Below are positions 1 to 8,438 of a DNA stretch of 64,000 bases, in pieces. This DNA is from Syntrophales bacterium. GTDB lineage: Bacteria; Desulfobacterota; Syntrophia; Syntrophales; PHBD01. The DNA lies in NCBI GenBank assembly GCA_963668175.1, contig OY764159.1:3680001-3744000 (forward strand), given 5' to 3'. Positions within the stretch are counted from its first letter, which is position 1. Each line of letters starts with the position of its first letter. The position numbers were made by a program, and so were the translations under genes. The notes beneath the pieces were generated by a model, which was not told where the DNA came from, did no database searches, and saw only the letters and a program-made list of their open reading frames with translations.

Positions 1-332
1 TTATCTACTATTGCTCAACAAAGATGGCTCCGAAGATATCCGCACAGGCCCCAATCCATGAACATCTCTTTAAAACCATATTCGATTTTATAATGAATCA
101 GATCGGATATTGCATGATACACCTTTTTGCTTGAAAATGATCGTACCGTAAGCGATAAGTAATCGTATGGGAAATCGGTGGGCCGCGTCATCCATGCGGC
201 TTTTGCGAAGCATGGGAGGCAGGACGCTTTCAATCTTCAAGGATTGGGGGGAAGGACGCCGGATTCATGAACGATGCCGCCATACCGCAGAAGCAGATTT
301 AAACTAAAATCATCTAGAGAAGGAGTTTCAGT

Positions 333-641
333 ATGATTCATGTCATCGCCACCGTCGAGCTTGCAGAAGGCAAGGTAAATGATTATTTACGGGAATTGAA
401 CAAGGTCGCCCCGGCCGTTCGTGCCGAAGAAGGATGCCTGGAATACGGGCCGACCATGGACCTGGCCACGGATATCCCCGTCCAGGAACCGGTGCGGGAA
501 AATGTCGTGACGATCATGGAGCGATGGTCCGACGTCCCTGCCCTCATGAATCACCTGAAGACGAAGCACATGGCGGATTATCGGGCGGCAACCAAAGTCT
601 TTGTGAAGGGTCTGAAGATCCAGGTTCTCAGGGCTGTATAA
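333..641 (+). CDS. Antibiotic-biosynthesis-monooxygenase (ABM/YgiN-like) family protein
   Basis: 102 aa; MIHVIATV...VRAEEGCLEY...ERWSD..AL..HL...HM pattern; AAGGAG RBS upstream. Confidence 0.85.
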   Translation: MIHVIATVELAEGKVNDYLRELNKVAPAVRAEEGCLEYGPTMDLATDIPVQEPVRENVVTIMERWSDVPALMNHLKTKHMADYRAATKVFVKGLKIQVLRAV

Positions 642-716
642 CAGGAAGCACCGGCCGTTTGAAAACATGCCGGGCGACACCGGATAACGGTTTAACACGG
701 ATTTGCACTAGAGAGT

Positions 717-980
717 TCAGTTGAGATTTTCCTGCTGCAGCGGCCGGAGCAGAATGCCGTATCCGTTTGCCGCCAGCAGAATGCTGCGGGCGGCGATATA
801 AGTGTGGCAGCAGCCGGTGTCTTTTTGCCTTCTCGCGACAGCAGACTTATCCTGTACCGTACTTTCCTGTTTCCCCGCGGAATGGTTAAGGGGTACCCCT
901 CTTGGGGCGGAAGGAGGTATTTCATTAACCTTATCGGATACGCGTCTTCTGTATTGCCATCGCCGTCTGGCCTTCAGCAT
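717..980 (-). CDS. Hypothetical small basic protein (87 aa)
   Basis: Strong AAGGAGGT RBS 6 nt before ATG (MLKARRRWQY...) inside track ORF 717..1073; no recognised domain. Confidence 0.4.
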   Translation of the reverse strand: MLKARRRWQYRRRVSDKVNEIPPSAPRGVPLNHSAGKQESTVQDKSAVARRQKDTGCCHTYIAARSILLAANGYGILLRPLQQENLN

Positions 981-1069
981 CGCAGCACCTCCTTGGCTCT
1001 CATTTTCACTGTTTCGGGACTTTCCTGCATCCGTACGCCCTGATTGCGAATCCGATTCCGTCGGACATA

Positions 1070-1522
1070 TCACCTGCGCCGGACGGGAATGCTGACAATG
1101 ACCGTCGTTCCTCTCGCAGGACTGCTGTTGATTCTGAATTCTCCGCCGCAGAGGCGGGCATATTCACGCATACCGACGATTCCCCGGGAACCGTTGGGGC
1201 CGACGGAATCCTCCCGGAATCCCCTGCCGTTGTCCGCGACCCGCAGAATCATGATGCCGGCATGGTCTCCCAGGCTGACGAATACCTTGGTTGCATCGGC
1301 ATGGCGGGCAATATTGACGAGTATTTCCTCAAGAATCTGAAACAATGCGGCCGCCTGGATACTCTCCGCAATCCGCTCGCGAAGCTGGCACCGGGATTCG
1401 CATTCGATACCGGTCCTTTCCTGAAAGGCGGCGATATACCAGGACAGGGTGTCCTGAATGTCGAAACCGTCGCCGCGGGGCGGCAGGATATGATCCACAT
1501 CGTTTCTGGTTGACAGACTCAT
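1070..1522 (-). CDS. Stand-alone histidine-kinase ATPase domain (NarX/UhpB-type HATPase_c), no H-box
   Basis: N box EILVNIARHA, G1 VADNGRGF, G2 GIVGMRE, SSPARGTTV; start at 1522 (ATG) or 1531 (GTG). Confidence 0.7.
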   Translation of the reverse strand: MSLSTRNDVDHILPPRGDGFDIQDTLSWYIAAFQERTGIECESRCQLRERIAESIQAAALFQILEEILVNIARHADATKVFVSLGDHAGIMILRVADNGRGFREDSVGPNGSRGIVGMREYARLCGGEFRINSSPARGTTVIVSIPVRRR

Positions 1523-2088
1523 AGGGTTCACGTCTTTTCGTTTGAACGGTATGTATTCCGTCCTTAACCGTGCGATTGAAATAATTTGCCCCGTGTTTCT
1601 GCAAGCTTGCCGGCCTGAAGATCATCTAGCAGAAATAGTGCCAGTTTCAAACACCAGTCGGCAAAAGACAAAAATACCACATATCTCATTAAATAGATTC
1701 GTGTTTTACAGATACTGCCGGTCGCCTGTTTATATGCCGCCTATTTTTTCATTCTATCAGCCTTTGAATGTCCGCTATAACCGGACGCCGCTCCTCCAAT
1801 GATTCAGGCTTGCCGTGTCAACCTCATGCAAAGCAATCCTCCCGCCGGGAAGATCATATTGACACGGGTGCCGATACCAGGTACAAGGCTTGAAGTTTCC
1901 AGAGCCGCCTCCATCGATGAAGCAAGAAATTCAACCTGTTGTAAGATATCTTCAAGCGGGTACTCTGGGGACGGGTTTCACTGAATCGGAGCATGAAAGT
2001 CCGAAGCATTTTTTCCCGCAAGGCGATCATCGTGGTCTTCAAGGCATGTCGGGACCGTCCCTGCATTCGTTGCGGCTAAATACGTATA

Positions 2089-2982
2089 TTGAGGTCAGCA
2101 TTGAACATTATCTTAAGATCCGCCGTTTTCTTCTTCACCCTTCTTTTCCTTAATCCACCTGCTTCTGCCCTCGCCCATCCAACTGCGGATAAGGATTTGA
2201 AGACATTCCTGAGTGCCCTGGAATTGAAATGCGCCGAATACGGCTGGACGGATATCAAACCGCAGAAGTTCTCCTGGGAATTCCACAGAACGACGAAGAA
2301 CAGGCGACCCCTTATCTTCATTCAGCTGGGAAATTCAGGGAAGAATTGCAATCTATTTCTGGGCGGGGTCCACGGCGACGAATTGCCGACGGTCTATCTG
2401 CTCTTGAAACTGGCCCATTACCTCGAGGCCAATCCCGAGATTCTGAAAGACAAATGCATCGTCATCGCACCCCTGGTCAATCCGGACGGCTTCTTCGCCA
2501 CCCCCCCGCGACGCGTTAACGCCAGCGGTATCGACATCAATAGAAACTTCCCCACCCGGGACTGGAGCGCCCAGGCATTGCGCCAATGGAGAGCCAAATA
2601 TCGGGGAAACAGACGTTATTTTCCGGGTACCAGGCCCGGCTCGGAACAGGAGACGCTCTTTCAGACGGCATTGATCAAGCGTTACCAGCCTCAGAAGATT
2701 CTGAGCATCCATTCGCCCCTCGGTTTTTACGATTTCGACGGCCCGTCGGCGGATCTCGACAACCTTGAGAAGTGGCTGGACAGGATCAGCCGGGAGACGA
2801 ACCATCCCCTTAAGAAATATGGATACTTTCCGGGCTCGCTCGGTAATTTCGCCGGCCATGAACGCAACACGTTCACCCTCACGCTGGAATTGCCGTCATC
2901 CGACCCGCGCATGGGTGCCCAATATTTTCAGAAATTCCAGCCGGCCTTTCTCAAGTTTCTCAACCTGTCCCTGTCCAAATGA
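2089..2982 (+). CDS. Exported M14 zinc carboxypeptidase (MpaA-like murein peptide amidase)
   Basis: Signal peptide; GGVHGDE, NPDG, RVNASGIDINRNFP, SIHS, PGSLG, TLELP motifs. Confidence 0.85.
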   Translation: MRSALNIILRSAVFFFTLLFLNPPASALAHPTADKDLKTFLSALELKCAEYGWTDIKPQKFSWEFHRTTKNRRPLIFIQLGNSGKNCNLFLGGVHGDELPTVYLLLKLAHYLEANPEILKDKCIVIAPLVNPDGFFATPPRRVNASGIDINRNFPTRDWSAQALRQWRAKYRGNRRYFPGTRPGSEQETLFQTALIKRYQPQKILSIHSPLGFYDFDGPSADLDNLEKWLDRISRETNHPLKKYGYFPGSLGNFAGHERNTFTLTLELPSSDPRMGAQYFQKFQPAFLKFLNLSLSK

Positions 2983-3038
2983 ACATGATCGCCCGATGTA
3001 AAAGATCATGAAAAAATGCGGCCTCCAGATTATTTCCG

Positions 3039-3067
3039 GGAACTTTTTCACCTCCGCCTCCGTCTAA
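3039..3067 (+). promoter_or_regulatory. ECF-sigma-type promoter
   Basis: GGAACT-N17-GTCTAA, 34 nt upstream of the first gene of the ECF operon. Confidence 0.7.
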
Positions 3068-3101
3068 ACATGTAAAACATCCATCACAGGAGGTTCGGGG
3101 T

Positions 3102-3923
3102 ATGAAAAAAATCGTTTTTATTCTTATGGCGCTTTGTTTATGCGCGTCGACCACTTGGGCAGGCGGTGCAGGCGACGCCGTAGAGGTCAGAATCGTCACG
3201 GATGACGGCGTTTCGCTGCCCACTTATCCGGTAAAGATCCGTCGCGGGCTGCAGAAAGTCTATGCCGAAGCGGTCAAGGGCGAACATTACCGCATCGAAG
3301 TGACGAACAGGCTCAACCGGCGCGTCGGGCTGGTAATCGCCGTGGACGGGCGCAACATCGTCAGCGGAGCGAAATCCCGCCTGGCTGGAACAGAACGCAT
3401 GTACATCCTGGAGGCCTTCGGTTCGGGGGAATTTGCCGGCTGGAGATCGTCCCGCGACCGCATCAACCGTTTCTATTTCACCGACGTACCCGATTCCTAC
3501 GCTGCCGCCTTCGGCGACGAGAGCGCCATGGGCGTGATAGCCGTGGCGGTCTATCCCGAAATCCAGCGGCAAGAAGAGCCTGCACTTTCCTTTTCCGAGC
3601 GAGGCAAGCGGAAATTGGAAAGCAAGGCCGATTCCGCGGCTCCCTCTCCCCAGGCGCCGGGCAGTGTCAAGAAGGAGATGCGGAATTCGCAGGAGAGGGC
3701 CGGCACAGGTTACGGCCGGGATGAGTATGCTCCCGTCCGCATTGTATCCTTCGATCCGGAAAGCAGGGCGGTGGAAACCATCTTCATCAAATACGAATGG
3801 CGGGCAACACTCTGCAAGCTGGGCGTCGTCGCCTGCGGAAAGCCCTACCGCCAGCCACCCAACCGTTTCTGGGACAGCGATGACGGATTCGCCCCTCCCC
3901 CACCGATCAGCTACCGCCGCTGA
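3102..3923 (+). CDS. Conserved exported hypothetical protein
   Basis: Signal peptide ending TWA, AGGAGG RBS; beta-rich domain (YRIEVTN..VIAVDGRNIVSG..GWR..RFYF..GVIAVAVY); Pro-rich C-terminus. Confidence 0.8.
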   Translation: MKKIVFILMALCLCASTTWAGGAGDAVEVRIVTDDGVSLPTYPVKIRRGLQKVYAEAVKGEHYRIEVTNRLNRRVGLVIAVDGRNIVSGAKSRLAGTERMYILEAFGSGEFAGWRSSRDRINRFYFTDVPDSYAAAFGDESAMGVIAVAVYPEIQRQEEPALSFSERGKRKLESKADSAAPSPQAPGSVKKEMRNSQERAGTGYGRDEYAPVRIVSFDPESRAVETIFIKYEWRATLCKLGVVACGKPYRQPPNRFWDSDDGFAPPPPISYRR

Positions 3924-4046
3924 CCATGCGGCTCGGAGATGCCGGAAACTCCGCCGTTGCACAGCGACGTTCAACGTGGTAGTACTTCAGGGACGAAGTC
4001 CATACGCTGGCTTGCACCATCCATGCGGCGGACAGGAGACGGGGTC

Positions 4047-4679
4047 TTGCCGAAAATCACGGGGACAGACAATGAACAGAACCGGACCGCCGGAGACGAC
4101 GATGCCGGTTCTGTCTCTCGCTGTCAGCAAGGCAGGATGGAGGAATTCGCCGTCCTCGTCCGCAGGCATCAGAAAAAGATGATCAACATGGCTTACCGGA
4201 TGATCGGCGACTATGACGAGGCGTGCGATGTCGTTCAGGAGGCCTTCCTTTCAGCCTATCGCGCCATCGGGCAGTTCCGGGGCGACGCCCGTTTTTCCAC
4301 CTGGCTCGCCGGCATCGTTGTCAACCGGGTAAGGGACCATCTTTCTCAAAAGATCGCCCGAAACCGACGGGAGGAGGCTTTGGATGACAATCCGGCTGAT
4401 CCCGGCGGCAGGCACAACGCAAATGTCTTTTTCGACGGAAACGATCCGGCCGATATCCGGATCGAAAAACGGGAAAGGGATGCCCGCATCCAGAAATGCA
4501 TCGACCGTCTGGACGGAGAACAGAAAGAAGTGCTGGTCCTTCGGGACATTCAGGATTATTCTTACGAAGAGATCGGGGCGATGCTGAAACTGCCGCCGGG
4601 AACCGTCCGATCGCGGCTCTTCAGGGCCAGAAGCGCTTTGAAAACGAGCCTGCAGCAGGTATTGGGTGATCTGTTATGA
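4047..4679 (+). CDS. ECF RNA polymerase sigma factor
   Basis: DVVQEAFLSAY, FRGDARFSTWL, YSYEEIG..L.LPPGTVRSRLFRAR; TTG start after AGGAG preferred over 3939. Confidence 0.92.
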   Translation: MPKITGTDNEQNRTAGDDDAGSVSRCQQGRMEEFAVLVRRHQKKMINMAYRMIGDYDEACDVVQEAFLSAYRAIGQFRGDARFSTWLAGIVVNRVRDHLSQKIARNRREEALDDNPADPGGRHNANVFFDGNDPADIRIEKRERDARIQKCIDRLDGEQKEVLVLRDIQDYSYEEIGAMLKLPPGTVRSRLFRARSALKTSLQQVLGDLL

Positions 4680-5767
4680 TATGCAGAGATATAGAACAGA
4701 GACTCCCTGCCTATCTGGAAGGAGACCTCCCTGCCGACGACAAGAAGATCGTTGCAGACCACCTGGTGTCCTGCCCCGGCTGCAGCCGTGCCCTTGAGGA
4801 GTTGAAGAAGACGCAGGAGATATTAAAGAACCTGGACGAAGTCGAGCCGCCGCCTTTCTTCGAACAGAGAATCATGGCCCGGATCCGGGAAGACGCCGCG
4901 CCCAAGGGTTTTTTGCAGCGTTTTCTCTTTCCGCTTCGCATCAGGATCCCGATCCAGGTCGCCGCTACCATCGCCGTGGCTTTCATCGCCTATCACATCT
5001 ACCGGCAGAGTGCCCCGGAGATAACGCAGCCGCTGCCGTCCTCCGGAAACGCGGTAAAACAGGAAAAGAGCGCATCGGAGCCGGAAAAGGCGATGACCAT
5101 CCCCGGTCCGTCAGCCGCCAGAATGCCGGAGAATAAAAAGAACATGAACACCGACCGCAGTGAACATGAGTCATACGCCCCGCCACCGGCCGCACGTGGA
5201 AGCAAGAAGGAGGCCGCCGTCGAAAAACCGGCGGGAACTCGTGAAAAAGCAGAGACTCCGCCGGCGCCATCGGCAGTTGACGGGACCAGGAAGAAATCCA
5301 TATCCGAACGCAGTGGGCCGGCCGTTGCATCGCGTGATGAGGCAGATCGCAGGGAAACAGCCGCAACGGCTAATAAGGCCGTGCCGTCAACCCGTTACGA
5401 TAAGGCGATTAAAGCGGATCAAAGCGCGGCCGGCGGAGAGCGCCGCAAGATGATGTTTGCGCCCTCGCCGCAGCAGGAGGTCGCAAAGTCGGAAAAGCAG
5501 GCGGTGCTCAACCTCACGGTCAGTGTCGGAAATATTGACGCTTCCGTCAGGCAGACCAGGGTTCACCTGGGCAGAATCAAAGCCCGCATCCTCCGGCAGG
5601 AGCACCGTGACGACGGTGAAATCCTGTGGGTGGAAATACCCGTCCGGCAATTAACGTCCCTCACAGAACATCTCCAGACGCTGGGGCGGCTTGACCGTAC
5701 CCCGGATGCCCCTGAGACGGAAGACGGGAATGTCCTCACGGCCATCAAGATCGTCGGCAACCCTTAA
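4676..5767 (+). CDS. Anti-sigma factor (zf-HC2 zinc finger, one TM helix, periplasmic domain)
   Basis: C...HLVSCPGC (HxxxCxxC); TM segment IQVAATIAVAFIAYHIY; overlaps sigma stop codon. Confidence 0.85.
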   Translation: MICRDIEQRLPAYLEGDLPADDKKIVADHLVSCPGCSRALEELKKTQEILKNLDEVEPPPFFEQRIMARIREDAAPKGFLQRFLFPLRIRIPIQVAATIAVAFIAYHIYRQSAPEITQPLPSSGNAVKQEKSASEPEKAMTIPGPSAARMPENKKNMNTDRSEHESYAPPPAARGSKKEAAVEKPAGTREKAETPPAPSAVDGTRKKSISERSGPAVASRDEADRRETAATANKAVPSTRYDKAIKADQSAAGGERRKMMFAPSPQQEVAKSEKQAVLNLTVSVGNIDASVRQTRVHLGRIKARILRQEHRDDGEILWVEIPVRQLTSLTEHLQTLGRLDRTPDAPETEDGNVLTAIKIVGNP

Positions 5768-5780
5768 ACGGAGCCATCCA

Positions 5781-6191
5781 ATGAAACGGGAAACAAGCCG
5801 TCTGCAAACCTTTCTAAGCATCGTCAGTGCCCTTATCATGATCTCCGGCCTGGGCAGCGCCGCCTACATCTATCAGAAGGCCGTGAACGAACCTGCCGAT
5901 GCCCTGCGCGACCGGATGGAAGGCGGTTCCGTCTATCAGATTCAACCCGAGGATTCCAAAAAATACCAAAGGGACATAGAGGCCATCAGCGGCAAGGCCG
6001 GCTTGGTCGTGGCCGACTTTCGGAATAAGCTGGCGGCGCTGTGGCAGGGGAAATCCCTGGCGTATATGGTCGCTGCAGTGTCCATCCTGATTTCTTTCGC
6101 CTTCTACTTCGCAGCCAATCACCTGCCGTCGGCATCGAACACAGAAGGTCACAGCCGGCTTGACCGGAATGAAAGAGGCAAGAGCGACTAA
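5781..6191 (+). CDS. Hypothetical membrane protein (2 TM)
   Basis: GGAG RBS, two hydrophobic helices; directly follows the anti-sigma gene. Confidence 0.65.
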   Translation: MKRETSRLQTFLSIVSALIMISGLGSAAYIYQKAVNEPADALRDRMEGGSVYQIQPEDSKKYQRDIEAISGKAGLVVADFRNKLAALWQGKSLAYMVAAVSILISFAFYFAANHLPSASNTEGHSRLDRNERGKSD

Positions 6192-6251
6192 GCCGACAGC
6201 CTTTTCGACAGCGTGACTGTCCACTCATCGTATAAGGAGGCATGAACAGGC

Positions 6252-6518
6252 ATGATTCAGGTGCGTGAAGGCAAAAAAGCGGTATCCTTCGATGGGTTCG
6301 TCCTGGAAATCTTCGGCATGAGCGGTGCAGCGGCAAGTCAGCGATATACGGTCGATCAGGTTGAAAAAATCGGCGTCGCCGACGGTAAGGGGGAGGTAAT
6401 GCTGCTGGCCAAACTGCCGAGGGGCAAAGGACTCGGCCTGGCTTTCTCGGAGGCAAAACGGTGCGAACTTGCACAGCTTGTTGCCGCGGTTGAGCAGGCC
6501 AAAGGGCAGACCGGTTAA
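6252..6518 (+). CDS. Hypothetical protein (88 aa)
   Basis: AAGGAGG RBS upstream; protein-like composition. Confidence 0.6.
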   Translation: MIQVREGKKAVSFDGFVLEIFGMSGAAASQRYTVDQVEKIGVADGKGEVMLLAKLPRGKGLGLAFSEAKRCELAQLVAAVEQAKGQTG

Positions 6519-6556
6519 AGATATCGAAAAGCGAACTGTCCCTTTGTTAAAACAGC

Positions 6557-6585
6557 TTGATTTTATGTATCGATATCATTATAAA
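6557..6585 (+). promoter_or_regulatory. Sigma70-like promoter for the riboswitch leader
   Basis: TTGATT-N17-TATAAA immediately 5' of the riboswitch. Confidence 0.55.
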
Positions 6586-6589
6586 GACA

Positions 6590-6760
6590 TCACTTGGTTT
6601 CTGCATCCAGGAACACGGTGTAAATCCGTGGCGGTCCCGCCGCTGTAATCGGTGAGGATCTTCACCTTGGGCTGTAAGGCCGGTCACTGCCGGGGTCAAC
6701 TCCGGCGGGAAGGCTGTGAAGATTCGACGAACCGAGAGCCAGAAGACCTGCAGAAGCAAG
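6590..6760 (+). ncRNA. Cobalamin riboswitch
   Basis: AGGAACACGGTGTAAATCCGTGGCGGTCCCGCCGCTGT core, CACTG...GGGAAGG, and B12 box GAGCCAGAAGACCTGC. Confidence 0.93.
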
Positions 6761-6784
6761 CGTAATCCGGAATCCGATGGCAAA

Positions 6785-6828
6785 GGGTTCCGACGGACGA
6801 TTTTCCGTCTGTCGGGACCCTTTTTTTA
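6785..6828 (+). terminator. Intrinsic terminator, probable riboswitch expression platform
   Basis: GGGTTCCGACGGACG/CGTCTGTCGGGACCC stem followed by T7, between aptamer and peptide gene. Confidence 0.8.
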
Positions 6829-6858
6829 TTTTACAAACCTAAGGAAAGGAGATTGAAG

Positions 6859-6966
6859 ATGAAGAAAACGACAGAGAAGAAGGAGATCATTGCCTACAGG
6901 AAGAGCTGCCCGGCGAAAGGAACGGGACTCTCCCATTACATTCTGATGGACAGGAAGGGAAAGTGA
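6859..6966 (+). CDS. cbpA: Modified-peptide precursor, CbpA-like (35 aa, MKKTTEKKEIIAYRKSCPAKGTGLSHYILMDRKGK); not in ORF track
   Basis: AAGGAG RBS; IAYRKSC..GTGLSHYILM matches the CbpA family as recalled; stop overlaps rSAM start (TGATG). Confidence 0.85.
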   Translation: MKKTTEKKEIIAYRKSCPAKGTGLSHYILMDRKGK

Positions 6967-8384
6967 TGGCCGCAAAGAAGAGCGGAACGGCGAAGGCGGC
7001 GGCCCCCTCGCGGGGCCGCTTCGTCAATACGGGCGACGGCCCATCCCTCCATCCTATCGACATCGGACACCCGGAGTACATGGCCCTCGTCGATCCCGAC
7101 ACGGCTTTCTGGTCTCTGGTGCACCGGTCAAAACTGGCCGATATCCTCTCGGACGGCAGACTGGCCTCAAGCTATGCGAAGAAACGAGGGACGTTTGCCC
7201 GGGAGATGGATATACTGCGATTCGGGCTGAAACCGTCGGCGGTTTATTTCAATCCCACCGAACGGTGCAACATGAATTGCACCTACTGCTATATCCCCGC
7301 GAAGATGCGTCGGAAGGGCAAACATATGCCGGAGCGGAAACTGTTGCAAGCCCTGGAAATACTTAAGCAGCACTTCCATAAGACCCTTCCCAAGGGTTCC
7401 GTGCCCCAGATCATCTTTCACGGAGCCGAACCGCTTTTGAACCGGGACGCCGTCTTTGCCGGTATCGAGGCCTACGGCCGAGATTTTGCCTTCGGCATCC
7501 AGACCAATGCGACTCTGCTCGACAGCGCCGCCGTAAATTTTCTAACAAGCCGCCGGGTCAGCATCGGCATCTCCCTGGATGCCCCCACGGCCGCCGTCGC
7601 CAACCGGACCAGGAAGACCTGGGGCGGCCGCGGCACGTTTGAAGAAGTAAACGAGGCTATGGAGCGCCTCAGGGGCTACGACGGATGGAGTGTCATCTGC
7701 ACAGTAACAGGCGCCAATCTCCGTCACCTCACCGGTATGATCGATTATTTCCACGGCCGGGAGGTTCCAACCTGCCTCATGAACATCCTGCGCTGCACCC
7801 TGGCGCCTTCCCGCAGCCTCAAGCCCGCCGACCGGACAGCAGCCCGATATTTCCTTGCGGCCCTCGACCGGAGTTACGAACTTTTCGAGCAGACGGGCCG
7901 TAAATTGATCGTCGGCAATTTTGCCAATATCTTACTTGCCATTGTTGCACCGGCAGCCCGGCGGTTGATGTGCGACATCTCGCCCTGCGGCGGAGGCCGC
8001 TGCTTCTTTGCGCTCGCCCCCGGAGGCGATCTTTTCCCGTGCAGCGAATTCATCGGTCTTGACCGCTTCCTGGGTGGAAACATCTTCCAGGACGACCTCT
8101 CCGGCGTTCTGCAATCGGAGCCATTCCAGATGGTCACCGGAAGGAAGGTTGAAAATATTGAACCATGCCGCCATTGCGCCATCCGCCATTTCTGCGGATC
8201 GCCATGCCCTGCCGAGGCTTATGAAATGAACGGCGGCATGGACCAAAGGGGTGCCTTCTGCGAATTTTACGAGGAGCAGACGCAATACGCCTTCCGCATC
8301 ATCGCCGACGGCAAGGCCGATGCCTTTCTGTGGGACGGGTGGGATAAGGGATTAAGGGATTCTTTCCGGCTCGACGCCGACTGA
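6966..8384 (+). CDS. cbpB: Peptide-modifying radical SAM/SPASM enzyme, CbpB-like
   Basis: CNMNCTYC; FHGAEPL; SPASM Cys pattern CDISPCGGGRC..FPC..CRHC..FCGSPC..FC. Confidence 0.85.
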   Translation: MAAKKSGTAKAAAPSRGRFVNTGDGPSLHPIDIGHPEYMALVDPDTAFWSLVHRSKLADILSDGRLASSYAKKRGTFAREMDILRFGLKPSAVYFNPTERCNMNCTYCYIPAKMRRKGKHMPERKLLQALEILKQHFHKTLPKGSVPQIIFHGAEPLLNRDAVFAGIEAYGRDFAFGIQTNATLLDSAAVNFLTSRRVSIGISLDAPTAAVANRTRKTWGGRGTFEEVNEAMERLRGYDGWSVICTVTGANLRHLTGMIDYFHGREVPTCLMNILRCTLAPSRSLKPADRTAARYFLAALDRSYELFEQTGRKLIVGNFANILLAIVAPAARRLMCDISPCGGGRCFFALAPGGDLFPCSEFIGLDRFLGGNIFQDDLSGVLQSEPFQMVTGRKVENIEPCRHCAIRHFCGSPCPAEAYEMNGGMDQRGAFCEFYEEQTQYAFRIIADGKADAFLWDGWDKGLRDSFRLDAD

Positions 8385-8438
8385 TGGAAGATGGGACCCG
8401 GAGGATACAATGATATGCTGCAAGGAAAGCCCTAGCCG

